64,000 nucleotides of DNA, taken from positions 2,356,001 through 2,420,000 of the forward strand of contig NC_043020.1 of NCBI RefSeq assembly GCF_006345805.1, written 5' to 3'. Origin of the DNA: Octopus sinensis (taxonomy: Eukaryota). A program made the position numbers and the translations under genes. The stretch's first letter is position 1. Each line of letters starts with the position of its first letter. This document shows positions 24,514 through 36,729 of the stretch, piece by piece. The notes beneath the pieces are model-generated. The model searched no databases. It was not told where the DNA came from and saw only the letters and a program-made list of their open reading frames with translations.

Positions 24514-25827
24514 GTATATACATGTATGTATGTATATGTATATATATACACACATGTATATGCATATTTGGCCAGTCAAATCACTGAAAGAAAATAATAT
24601 ATGTAAAAATATATACATACATTTCTATGTATACACACACACACATGCATGCAGACACATATATACAAACACACACATATAGACATACATACATATATAT
24701 ACAAACACACATATATAACAACACAATCATGTATACATAAACGCATACATACACACCCACACAGACACACATACATGTGTGTTATGTATATATATATATA
24801 TAATATATATATATAGAGAGGAGAGAGAGAGAGAGATAGGCACACACAAAAAGAGAAAGCAAGAGAGAGAAACAGAGAATGAGACAAGATTGCGACTTGC
24901 ACTGGAATACTCAAACACCATCAATTAAATGGAAGTCTGCAAGTCTTCGGTGCCGACTAAGATACGATGAGTGTTTTAGAAAAATGATCGCATTTCTCCA
25001 TGGCATCAGACAGCAAGTTGCAGTGCTATAAACCTCCATAAAAGAGAAATGGAATCAGCTTAAAGAAGAAGCAAGAACCGCCTCGACTGGTAGAGCTCCT
25101 AAAATCTTGCTCCGACACCTCCACAGACACACCCAGTCGCAAGACAGGGAGGGAGGTGTGTGTGGGTGGGGGTGTCTTATATTGTGGCTTTTATCAACTT
25201 AAGATGCATCGTCCATCAGAGTCAATAATGAAGAACGGAGAAAGCAGAGACAAGTGAATTAAGAACCAAGGTATCAGGTTGCTTTAGTCTTTCTATGGAA
25301 ACCCATTCTACGTGTAATCGTAATCAAAGAGTTATCGCTTTCCTTGCTCGATATTACATGAGTCGGTGGTGGTGGAGGTGGTGGTGGTGCAGGAGGAGAT
25401 GGCGGTGGGAACGGAGGCGGTGGTGGTGGTTCTGAGAAATGGTATGTGTGTGTGTGTGTGTGTGTGTGCTAAGATGGGTAAGAAACACAACATCGATGCT
25501 GATAGATAAAGTGAGTGATGATGAGTAAACTGAGAGGAGGGGGGGGCGGGCGAAAGAGAGAGGAAAAAAAGAAGAATGGAAGTGTAAGTGGAGAACTTGC
25601 AATGCATGTATGTAGGTGGCTAGCTACATACATACACACCAGCATGTATGTACACACACACACACACAAGATATATATATATCACGGGACTGTCACATTG
25701 AGTTGACGTATACAACCACTATATATATATATATATATATTATATAGATATATATATATAATATATATATATTATATATTATATATATATATATATATAA
25801 TATATAATATATTATATATATACAGGT

Positions 25828-26185
25828 AGGTGTAAGCATGGCTATGTGGTAAGAAGCTTGCTTCACAACCACATGGTTCCAAGTTCAGTCCCAATACATG
25901 ACACCTTGGGCAAGTATCTTCTTTTATAGTCACAGGCCACCCAAAGCCTTACATATATGCATGCATGCATGTATCTTTGTGAGTGTGTTTGTCCCCCACC
26001 ACCGCTTGACATGTGGTGTTGGTGTGTTTACATCCCAGCAGCTTAGTAGTTCAGTAAAACAGACTGATAAAATAAGTCCCAGGCTTTAAGAAAAAAAGTA
26101 TTGGCGTTGATTTATTCAACTAGAAACTCTTCAAGACAATGCCACACAGCATGGCTGCAGTCTGCTGACTGAAATAAGTAACAGA
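25828..26185 (+). mobile_element. SINE-A, internally deleted
   Basis: Same family. Confidence 0.8.
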
Positions 26186-26489
26186 TACATAATACAATAT
26201 CATCATTTTCCAACATCCGCTTTCCAGGCTACCATGGGTCGGACTATATACATACATATACGTTATGTACATACGTATATATATATATATATATATATTA
26301 CCGCTGCCGCTACCTCTTCTTCTTTTTCTTCTTTTTCTTCATCATCACCATCATGATCAACAATAACAACAACATAATTATTAAGGCGTCAAGCCAGTAG
26401 AATCGTTAGTGTACTGGACGAAATGCTTAGTGATATTTCACCTGTCACTACATTCTGAGCTCAAATTCCACCAAGGTCGGCATGAACTG

Positions 26490-26715
26490 ATTAGATTTTG
26501 GGATCGATCCAGTACCCGACAAGGAAACTGGATTATTTTTCCTGTTTTTTTTACTTCATTTTTGAGAGTGGTCTGGTTCATTTTTAGTATTCTCATTTGT
26601 GAGAGCAGTTGAGTTTATTTCAGGTATTTTCATTTTAAAAATCATCTCTGGCTAATCATTGAAAGAACATTGGTGTTACCTTGGCGGAGGTTTGCACTCA
26701 CTGAGTGCTCTTGTT
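26490..26715 (+). mobile_element. Helitron-like 3' fragment
   Basis: Ends ccttggcggaggtttgcactcactgagtgctc, resembling Helitron 3' hairpin ends. Confidence 0.4.
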
Positions 26716-27009
26716 ATTATTATTATTGAGTGAGAGAGCAGTGCATGCCATCAAAGTGACACTGGGGTAAAATATATGGAGCCCAGTATACCCATCATGA
26801 CTACTCATCTGATAAAGGTTGTTATTATTATTAATATTATTATTATTATTATTATTACCAGCTTAATAGATTTATAGTTAGGATATACTAAAATTACGAT
26901 AATCCAGGACAGTTGTAACTGCCTCTCTTAAAACAATCTCAAAACTTCTAGAATGCATTTTACATGAGTGTGTGTGTGTGTGTGGTGTGTGTGTGTGTTG
27001 TGTGTGTGT

Positions 27010-27205
27010 GTGAGGGAGAGAGAGGAGAGAAGGAGGGAGAGAGGCAGAGAGGGAGGGAGAGAGGGAGAGGGAGAAAGGAAAGGGGGAGGGAGGGGGGGAA
27101 GAGAGTGAGAGAGGGAGGGGAGGGGAGTGGAGGGGGGAGGGGAGTGGAGGGAGAGGAAGGAGGGGGGAGGGTGAGGGGAGGGAGATAAGAGGGGGGAGAG
27201 TGAGG
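27010..27205 (+). repeat. G/A-rich tract (GGGA/GAGG)
   Basis: Read directly from the sequence. Confidence 0.9.
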
Positions 27206-27312
27206 GAGAGAGGTTTCTTTTCAATGATATTGCATTGATCTGGTCAACCCATTGAAATTTAATTACAATTCAAGATGTTATTCTTGATTCAGTCACTATT
27301 TTCCAAAGCATC

Positions 27313-27348
<36 letters not shown>

Positions 27349-28089
27349 TCCCTCATTACATCCATATTAACATTCTTGTAAATATGCACATTACAATTGG
27401 GAAAAGTGGAATATACTGTATATGGTCAAACCATTGAATATAATTGTAATTGCAAGTCAAGATGTTGTTCTCGATACAGTTATTGTTTGCAAAACTATCA
27501 CTTTCTTTTTCTCTCTTCTTTCCCTCATTATATACATTTTAACATATTTATGAATTTAAAAAATGATGAATGTGTGTGTGTGTGTCTGTATGTTGTTCTG
27601 TTTGTTCGGAAGAGGAAGAAGAAGGATATGTATTAACATGGCTGTGGATGTAAACATTGCATTTTGAGGAATAAGAAAAGAAGAGATTCTTAAGCAAGTA
27701 TAATCACAATTATGAAGTTTGACATAAATTTGAAGAGGCCAAAACCCAATGAAAAATGTCCATTCCTTCTAATGGGGGTTGATTTCAAAATGATATTCTT
27801 GGAGAGGGCGAAACTGGAATATTCCATAACTGCATTATTTCTGCCATTCTTCCTTTCTCCAAAATACGAAATTTCAAAATTTCTTCTCTACTAAACAAAA
27901 CAAAACAATATTCGCTCTTTGATTTGCATAAAAGACAAAGAAACTTTCCGTTTTATTATCTTGGTTTTATTCAGAAGAATTTGGTTAAATGAACGAAAGC
28001 ACTAATAAAGAATTATTCAAAATTCTGACTGCCTCCTTTTTCTTAATACACACACACACACACACACATATATATGTATGTATATATTA

Positions 28090-28330
28090 GGCGCAGGAGT
28101 GGCTGTGTGGTAAGTAGCTTGTTTCCCAACAACATGGTTCCAGGTTCAGTCCCACTGTGTGGCACCTTGGACAAGTGTCTTCTGCTATAGCCTCGGGCCA
28201 ACCAAAGCCTTGTGAGTGGATTTGGTAGACGGAAACTGAACGAACCCCTATATGTATATATGTGTGTTTGTCCCCCCCCCCCCACATCGCTTGACAACCA
28301 ATATTGCTGTGTTCGGTAAACAAGTAAAAG
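28090..28330 (+). mobile_element. SINE-A, 3'-truncated
   Basis: Same family. Confidence 0.85.
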
Positions 28331-28946
28331 GTAAAAGAAAAAAAGACACACACACATACCACAGATTTCCTGCACTTTCTGATGACTAAACTCTCTCACA
28401 GAACATTGGTTGGCATCAGCTTGAAGCAGAAGACACTTACTGAAGTGATGTACTTTGATTAATAAGTAGACCTATCCTCCACACACCCATGCTCTTCTCT
28501 CCTCCTCACTCTGTGTGTGTATGTGTGTGTGTTGTGTGTGTGTGTGTGTGTGTGTGTTCAGACAGGCAGACAGATTAAAGTGGATCAATTAAGATCAAGG
28601 CATATAAAAAGCGAAGCACACAACATTAATGGCTGCACAGTAAAACACTGATCAACGGATAATCAGAGTCCACTGTTATTTGGTAATTGGCAGCTCCAAG
28701 AAGAGAACTTCAGCATCGTGTAAAACGACAATAAAAACAAACGGAGTTTACAGCATTGCTATAATCATTTCATTAAGAGATTTTATTGCAGTGTAGCATC
28801 CCGTACAGGTAAGTGCAGCGTCTAACATAGTGCAGAAAAAAAAAATAAAGAAACCCCCGAAATCTACCTGCCATTGGCTTATGCTGTCCAGCAGCACATC
28901 AGTATTTGCTCTCATGCAACATGGTGCAGCCTGAAGATTTATAGAT

Positions 28947-29731
28947 AAGTGGTTCTAACCCAGGGTTCGTATGACTCCCGGGAGCCCAAATAAGATTTTT
29001 GGGGTTCACACAAGCAAAATAATAAATTGGGGATCTACAGTAGTATTTTAAGGTTCATGAAAAATATTTCATACAAGACATATTTATGTATTGCAAAGAA
29101 ACGGAAAGGTTTCTTTCTCTGATGTTTTACCATGATTCAATATGTTTCTGGCCATTGAAAGAACATTTTCTCAGACAGACACTACTGCAAACCTACACGA
29201 ATGAACATGTGACAAAAATAGGAATTTTGAAAGATATATATATATATATATATATATACGAGCACCCCCCCCCCACCGTCCAATGGATGGTGCTGAGTTG
29301 TCAAACATTTAAACCAAATTTTCTCAAAACAACTTGTTTGACTTTCCCATAGGCCTCCTCTTTGAGAAACACTGATTTAACCTAAATTTGAGACACCAGC
29401 AAAAGAAGAAATAAAGATATCAATCGCAACAGCTGATGTACTTGCACATACAAATGCACGTTCCTACAGCTTTATCGATCACATTCTCACCTGGAATCGG
29501 TTTTTGTAAATTTTTCAAGACTTATACCCTGATACCGTCGGTATCTACATATCAAATTTGAGTGCAATCGGATGGAGGATGGCCAAGATCCTAGAAGATA
29601 CACACACAGACAGACAGAACGGATTTTATATTATATATATATAACTTTTAAACGTTGACTAGCTATGGGTGTCCACCAATACGAAATAGCAGTCAAAGGG
29701 TCTACAGGCAAAAAATAGTTAAGAACCACTG
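28947..29731. mobile_element. hAT(Charlie)-like MITE ends with internal insertions
   Basis: agtggttctaacc ... agttaagaaccactg termini. Confidence 0.5.
29455..29640 (-). mobile_element. Helitron-like 5' fragment (copy of the 19760 family)
   Basis: Reverse-complement similarity to 19760-19940. Confidence 0.55.
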
Positions 29732-30374
29732 CCACAGACGATGCTCTTCATACCTTCCCACTTGTAAGATGCTACAATGCAATAAAATCTCTTAATGAAA
29801 TGATTCTAGCAATACTGTATGGTCCATTCGTTTGTTTTTATTGTTTTATATAGCAGCAGATAGGGGTTTGATGGTTTGACATGGCCCAGTGATCCCAAAG
29901 ATCATATCATGTTCCATGGTTTCTACAGCTGGAAGCCCTTCCTAACACCAACCACTTTACAACATGTACTGGGTTCTTTTTTTTTTCCTGTGGCACAGCA
30001 CTAGTGAGTTTGCTATGGGACCCGCAAGACTAAAAAATAATGAGGGGTCAGCTTTATGCTAGGAGATTAAGGATAAAAATACAAAAGAAGGGGCCAGAGC
30101 AGACCAGATTTTTTGCTGTAAGGGAGCCACATGACCATTCACATTTTAGAAAAGGGGGTGGGATGGAATGATCAGATGAAGCTGGAAAGCAATGAAAATA
30201 GTGATGATGAGATGTTAGGTTGGACTTACAAGGTAGCACGATAAGGAATGTGGAGATAGAGGAACCATGAGTGTGGGTGGATGAGTGGAGGTTGCAAGAG
30301 AGTATAGTAAGAGGTAGGGAATGGATGAGGAAAGAGGTGGCAGAAGACCACCAATGACAGATGAGAGATTAATG

Positions 30375-30419
<45 letters not shown>

Positions 30420-30420
30420 C

Positions 30421-31110
30421 TCTTACTCTTTTACTTGTTTCAGTTATTTGACTGCGGCCATGCTGGAGCACCGCCTTTAGTTGAGCAAATCGACCCTAGG
30501 ACTTATTCCTTGGAAGCCTAGTACTTATTCTATCAGTCTCTTATGCCGAACCCCTAAGTTACAGGGACATAAACACACCAGCATCAGTTGTCAAGCAATG
30601 CTGGGGGTACAAACACAGACACACAAATACACACATATATATCTTTATATATAAAAGAGAAGTTGTGTGTCTGTCTCCTACGATTTAGATTCCTAACTAC
30701 TCCCACATTTTGCGGTGCAGTTTAACCAAAACCGGGTATCTTATAGTCGTGATTCATATCGAGCCCTTCTGGGTATTAGCGTGCGTCTATGATGAGTCTA
30801 CGATTTAAAAAATAATTTACCATAATTTTTTTCCATTTTAATGCATTTTTTCGCTATTATATAAGGGAAGTAACTTTCTAAAAATGTCTACGATGAGTCA
30901 ACGATTTAAAAAAAAATTTACCATCATTTTTTTTCCATTTTTAATGCATTTTTTTGCTATTTTTTGGCTATAACTCTCTAAAAATGCTTATATAGTTATT
31001 TCCCTTACAAACCCGAGCAACGCCGGGCGATACTGCTAGTATAGATATATATATATGTGTGCGTATACATATATACAACGGGCTTCTTTTCAGTTTCTGT
31101 CTACCAAATC
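30421..31110 (-). mobile_element. SINE-A interrupted by a Helitron
   Basis: Tail 30421-30640; core resumes about 31070-31110. Confidence 0.8.
30642..31039 (+). mobile_element. Non-autonomous Helitron
   Basis: A|TC start, 3' hairpin cccgagcaacgccggg, CTAG|T end. Inserted in the microsatellite of a SINE-A copy. Confidence 0.85.
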
Positions 31111-31620
31111 GACAAACGCCACATCTACTACCACCACAACGTCAACCACTATGACCACCACCACTACTACCATCACCACCATTACAACAACTGCCACCAC
31201 CACCACCATCATCCTCACTAAAAACAACTACAACACAACCACCACCACAACCACCACCACCAGCATCTTTAATTCTTTTTTATACACAGTAACCCAATCC
31301 AGTCTCTCTACAGGGAAAACTCAGGGCAAGGAGAAGGGGGGGAGAGCCGGGAGGATGAGAGATGGGGCAGGGGGGTAAGGTGGCACCTGTCTTGGCGCTG
31401 GAAGAATAAGCCACGATGTTGCTGCCATCAATAGTTTTGGAAGACACACAAAAAAGAAAAAAAAGGAGTCGATAAATTTTTACTCTAAGAACATCCAAAC
31501 ACTGACTGCTTTTGGTAAGAACTAGCTCTGTGTGTGTGTTTGTGTGGCACCAGATGTATGTGTGTGTGTGTGTGTTTATACACACACACACGTAAATATA
31601 AATATAAATATATACATATA

Positions 31621-31906
31621 TATGAAATAGTGTGCATTTAAACACAAGAGAAAACTGCCTTCAACAAGTAGTTTTTACACACTAGAAGAAGCAGTCAAAA
31701 TGACCAAAACCACATTTTATTTGCTAACAAAATTTAGAAACTTAGGTCTGACCGTAATAAAATAACATGGTAAAAGTTTTTATTTTTCACTCCTTTTGAA
31801 GATTGCTCTTAATGTGGTTTTGGTCGTTTTGACTACTCCTTCTAGCGTGTAAAAACTGCCTCTTGAAGGCAGTTTTATCTTGTGTTTAAATGTATACTAT
31901 TTTATA
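31621..31906. repeat. Foldback element, about 90-bp arms
   Basis: 31621-31715 is the reverse complement of 31811-31906. Confidence 0.8.
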
Positions 31907-32101
31907 TTGAGAATATGTTGTCTATAGACTTTTTATACATGCTAGGCCACTGGTAATGAAATTTCTAAAAAAACTCACTACCCTATATATATTTTACATG
32001 TGTGTATATATATATATATATAAAGTTAATAAAAGAAAATGGAGAAATATAATGGATACTTGGTTAATTTTATTTGCATCACAATGAAAAGAAGTAACAC
32101 A

Positions 32102-32374
32102 TATAAGATTCAGGATTTAAAGGAACCAAATCAACAAAAGAAATAAACATAAAAGAATCCTACATATGTTTCAATTAGGCCATTACATTTCAATCATCAG
32201 CATTCATGCAATGTTAGATTTAAAATAAACCCACACTGTGTCCAGATCTCATCAGGGAGGTATGTTTACTTTCTGGTGGTGATTGAAACTTAATGGCCGG
32301 ATTGAAACATATGTAGGATTCATTTATGTCTATTTCTTTTGTTAATTCAGTTCCTTTAAATCTTGAATCTTATA
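32102..32374. repeat. Foldback with about 100-nt arms enclosing the HHR 5' half
   Basis: 32102-32200 is the reverse complement of 32273-32374 at roughly 85-90% identity. Confidence 0.85.
32145..32267 (-). ncRNA. Type I hammerhead ribozyme with long (about 62 nt) loop II
   Basis: AAACATA CC TCC-CTGATGA-GATCTGG...CCTAATT-GAAA-CATATG-TA-GGA TTCTTT TATGTTT. The inverted arm retains CCGGATT, which would pair all 7 nt of helix II. Confidence 0.68.
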
Positions 32375-32404
32375 AGTATTACATTTTTACCATTATTTAC
32401 ATAT

Positions 32405-32468
32405 GGTGTAGTGATTAAGAGCATGAGCTACTAACCCCAAGATTTTGAGTTCGATTCCAAGCAGTGAT

Positions 32469-32503
<35 letters not shown>

Positions 32504-32999
32504 TAATAATAGTAAAAATAATGCCCTGATGCAGTACCAGGCAGTGGCTCACGTGGCTTCTAATCTTAACTGATTGGAAGTGGTATCATGTACATTGTAA
32601 ATTCTAACTGGGCCCCACCTGCAAGGTTATGTGCTGTATATCTTCATATGAGATTACCATGTCGCGCACATATGGTTGTGATGTATGTGCCTAGTGTACC
32701 CTTATCAGACAGGTAGTCATGATGGGTATACTGGGCTTCATATATTTTACCCCAGTGTCACTTCGATGACATGCACTGCTCTCTCACTCAATAATAATAA
32801 TAGCAACAATAATAATAATATCGAAAAATACCTTAGGAATGAGAACCCATGTTCGAAATTTCCCCAAGATACCGGATGAAGGCTGCAGGGTATATCAGCC
32901 GAAACGTTGTGTTAACAACAAACAAGATGAGGACAAATATCTGTCAAATGTAAATAATGTAAATAATGTACATAATTCCTCATCTCTTAAATGTAGAAC
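32405..32999 (+). mobile_element. tRNA-headed SINE-like element with hammerhead-bearing tail, interrupted in its (AAT)n linker
   Basis: Head ggtgtagtgattaag...gagttcgattcc (A/B boxes), then (AAT)n. Tail 32821-32999 contains gatac-CGGATGA-a-GGCTG..CAGCC-GAAA-CG-TT-gtgtt (32868-32913). Confidence 0.65.
32523..32792 (+). mobile_element. Non-coding element inserted in (AAT)n
   Basis: Flanked by AAT repeats. The same 3' end (ccccagtgtcact..gcatgcactgctctctcactc+AAT) occurs at 5912-5960 (-) and 26725-26820 (-). Confidence 0.7.
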
Positions 33000-33329
33000 T
33001 GTATTACATTTTTTCATCATGATACAAATAAGATTAACCAAGTATCCATTATATTTCTTTTTAATTTCCTTTTATTAACTTTACACATTATTGCACAGTT
33101 TATCCATATATATTGCGGAACTTTCAATATATTTGATAACATCAGTTGATATTTGGATTTTTATAAAGAAAATAACTTATGAGGAAATTACATCATCAAT
33201 ATTTGAATTATATATCTTTTATCTTTTATGGGTTTCAGCCAGAGGCTGAGGCCATGCTGGTGCACTGCCCTTACTGCATCCGGGGATTTTTCCAGTATTG
33301 CTTCTGGTGAAGCAGCGAGTTGGACCTTG

Positions 33330-34206
33330 CCACTTTTAACCCTTACCTTCAGTTCCTCTTTGGTGTCACAAAGAGTTTTGTTGGTCTCTTGCTCAACTGT
33401 GCCCTACACATAATAATCAAGGGGGTTGTGGTCTGGGAAAATAGGTGGCCAGATGTTAGGGGGTATCACTCCAAACACCAGGATGTTGACCGGATGTTTA
33501 ATTTTTATCATTCTTGGTACATGTTTTGGGGACATGGCAAGACAACAGTTGTTCTGTGTGTTCACCAACTGATCTTTGCAGAAATTTTTCTTGTCTGAGA
33601 AAAACCAAATCATGTTCGGTTGGAGGGGACACTTGAGTTTGTTCAAAAGCTTCATAGTGTGGTCTTCCCTCTTGTCCTTGATGGCTTGGGATAAAAACTG
33701 GCCCTTTCTCATCTTGTATAAGGAACACCAAATGTCTTCATGCACTACCTGCCTGATAAGAAGCTCAAACACTCCCATGTCCCTAGCGATGGACCTGATT
33801 GACTAGGAGGGATGGTTGTCAATCATGGCCTGGATCTCACCAACAAATTCAGGAGTTTCTTTTCTTATCATAATGAGAAGAGTGAGTTTTCCAAGCTGCC
33901 ATACCTTGTAATACCCATTAGACTCGTCCATCTCTTTCTAAATCCTCTACACTGTCCTCAGATTGACACCCAAGCACTCTGAAATGTTCATATTGGAGCT
34001 TCCGGCATGAATGCCAAGCAGTACAGCATGTCATCTCCAAAGTCTGGCAGAGTGAATTGTGTCATGGTGTTATTTTTCCCACAGATGGTGCCCAACTGAC
34101 CCTACTATACTGTGTAGTTGACAAAATCAAAATCAAAAAAACAAACAAACAATGCACATGTACAAAATCAAAATATAAAATGGCAACAATTTACATCGCA
34201 CCTTAT
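33330..34206 (-). mobile_element. Tc1/mariner maT (DD37D-like) remnant with internal deletion
   Basis: FSDKKNF, N.QN, KIKHPVNILVFGVI fused directly to PPNIWPP.FPDHNPLDYYV. The second catalytic D region is missing, so DD spacing cannot be counted. Confidence 0.75.
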
Positions 34207-34211
34207 TTTAT

Positions 34212-34250
<39 letters not shown>

Positions 34251-34469
34251 TATATATATATATATATATAAAGGCTTGTTTTAGTTTCCATCTATGAAAT
34301 TCACGCACAAGGCTTTGGTCAGCTACAGGCTATAATAGAAGAAACTTGCTCAAGGTTCCAGGCAGTGGGGATTGAACCCAGAACCATGTGGTTAGGAAGT
34401 AAACCTCTTACTAGTCAGCTATGCCTCCACCAGAGTTAGCAATATTTATAGGTTCTGCAATTGCTACAT

Positions 34470-34700
34470 CCTAGCCCTTCAGCATTTTAAACCACCCACA
34501 TCTGCTCCAAATATTCAACTTGTTCCATGTTTAAATCAGCCAGGTCCTGCCTTTCATACCTACCCTGCAATGTCGTACTAAAACTAAACAATAACATCAT
34601 TGAAAAATCTCAACGCTCCAAGACAATGCATGACCGATTCCAAACAATATGAACAAATAAGCATTACATTTGACAGAATAATCTGAATGCCAAAAGGCAA
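34470..34700 (-). mobile_element. MITE family A, decayed
   Basis: Similar to 1387-1605 in reverse orientation. Confidence 0.65.
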
Positions 34701-35069
34701 GAACACGTCTACGTCTATCTTTACAACCAATCAGTCAATGTGTTTACAGAAACAGTTATGTATCACTCCAGTTATTTCAATTACATAACGGCTGATATTC
34801 ACATTCCTTAACGGCCATAGAATTTCCCATTCCACAGCTAAGCCAATGTAATTCCTCAATGTTTAGACTTGCTTCTGCACATTACAGCCATTTGGCATTG
34901 CTGTATCAACAACTTAAAGACTATTGTCATTTTTGTCATGACGTATAATAATATCAGGCTTATAGCAATCATATATTTTCACACGATTAACCTTCATCTT
35001 TAAAGATAAGAAAAAAAAACATTTTTAATTTTTTCTTTTTTTTTCTTTTACTTCTTTCACTGTCCCAGT

Positions 35070-35290
35070 CTTGAGACAGCATTCAACCGGTGTGGGTTGA
35101 GCTGGCTTCATTCATCCTGAATGCTGCATCTCTCACAGACACCGACCAGGCCTGGTGATTTGAGGCTAACGACCGTGTGATCTCCAATCACTCCTTATTC
35201 CAGTGGCGAACGCCGTAGATATGGGGGCCTAGGTTGGGTTCCAGATCAGCCTTGACTGTCATCAGCCAGGTTTTTCATTGTCCACCACAT
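35070..35290 (-). mobile_element. RTE-type LINE 3' fragment
   Basis: KTWLMTVKADLEPNLGPHIYGVRHWNKE*L...ASNHQAWSVSVRDA. Confidence 0.6.
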
Positions 35291-35631
35291 CGGTTTTAGT
35301 TTGTTTACTCCTTTTAATATAGCTGTTCAAGAAAAGAGACCGATAAAATAGTTACCAAACTTAAGAAAAAGACCCCCCTTAAGTCCTGGGGTCAATTTGT
35401 TTGACATCAAGTCATTGCCCCAGCATGGCCACAGGACAATGACTGAAACAAGTATACATATATATATTATAGTGTGGCTGTGTGGTTAAGAACACAAACA
35501 CACACACTCACACACACACAACACATATTCACAATAGGCTTCTTTCAGTTTCCGTCTATTAGACACTTGCCCATGGTGGCATGCAGTGGGAACCATGGGG
35601 TAGGGAAACAAACTTCTTAACCACACAGCCA

Positions 35632-35672
<41 letters not shown>

Positions 35673-35789
35673 GTATATACATTATACTTTTATTCTTAAT
35701 AACCACAGCCATGCTATGACACCATTGACAACCATTCCTATTTGGTTGGCTTTTGGTGGATGAGGGAGTTTGATATTGTTGTCTTCATC

Positions 35790-36165
35790 TGAATTTCTTG
35801 CCATAATTTGGGATCATCTGGGACCTTGTAACAGCAGAAGGTTAAGGTGCTTCTTGGAAACATCTACCCCCACTCTATGTTGATCTCTCAGGTCTTTTGG
35901 AAAGATATTAAATAGTTGTGGGCCTCTGAATCGCAAGCTATTGCAGTACCTGGTCCTTACGCTAGACAGGTTGGATGGGACCTTTGGTACAATGCAATGC
36001 ATCCTGTTTGGAAACTGGTATAACTGTTGATGTCAGAGTTTGGTGCCAGCCCTTTTAGGACCACCTATGTTTATCACCAGACTTCTCCTGCTTTTGTTTG
36101 GAATTCTTCCAGTCTCTCCTAGAGGCTCAAGTGTTTCACTGATGCAATCTTTTTGGTGTAGCATT
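35790..36165 (-). mobile_element. CR1/L2-group LINE 3' fragment
   Basis: YTKKIASVKHLSL*ERLEEF...GLAPN...NSLRFRGPQLFNIFPKDLRD. Confidence 0.75.
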
Positions 36166-36169
36166 ATAT

Positions 36170-36345
36170 AAACGCTACATTATAATAAGCTGCCGGACGA
36201 GATAGTGAAGATGCTGACGACCGCTCGGTTCAAAGTCTCTCTTGACCAGAAATGGCCTGAACTCTTTGCATGAACACCCTCCTTGTACATAACTCCATGT
36301 CCCCTTACGCGGCCTTGCTTTTTGCTTTTTGAGACAAAAAATTAA
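36170..36345 (+). mobile_element. CR1-type LINE extreme 3' end
   Basis: YNKLPDEIVKMLTTARFKVSLDQKWPELFA* followed by a 3' UTR. Confidence 0.65.
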
Positions 36346-36414
36346 CTTAACTTAACTTAACTATAAAGCTTTTATCTACATATTATTATATATCATAAAT
36401 AATTAAAACCTGTG

Positions 36415-36690
36415 AAGGTGCGTGGCTTAGTGGTTAGGGTATTCAGCTCATAATCATAAGGTTGTGAGTTCAATTCCCTGTAAAACATTGTGTCCTTGAG
36501 CAAGATACTTTATTTCACATTGCTCCATTCCACTCAGCTGGCAAAAATCAGTTGTACCTGTAATTCCATGGGCCTACCTTGACACACTCTATGTTATGCT
36601 GAATCTCACCAAGAACTATGTTGCAGGGATGTGTGTCTGTGGAGCGCTCAGCCACTTGCATGTTAATTTCACAAGTAGGCTGTTCCATTG
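36415..36690 (+). mobile_element. SINE-C (gtggcttagtggttag head; gtgtccttgagcaagacactt core) full length
   Basis: Related copies at 11708, 20025(-), 21975, 42300-43315(-), 59105, 60025(-) and 40425(-). The tails vary between copies. Confidence 0.85.
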
Positions 36691-36729
36691 ATTGGATCGA
36701 CTGTGCCAGTAATAAAAATGTATATATAA

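Noticed and set aside
28868-28930. 63-nt AG/GT-bounded minus-strand segment (AAPCCMRANTDVLLDSISQWQ)
   Set aside because: No recognisable homology and a weak donor.
32405-32470. tRNA-like sequences (also all SINE heads)
   Set aside because: A/B boxes are present but there is no complete cloverleaf or acceptor stem; these are SINE heads, not tRNA genes.
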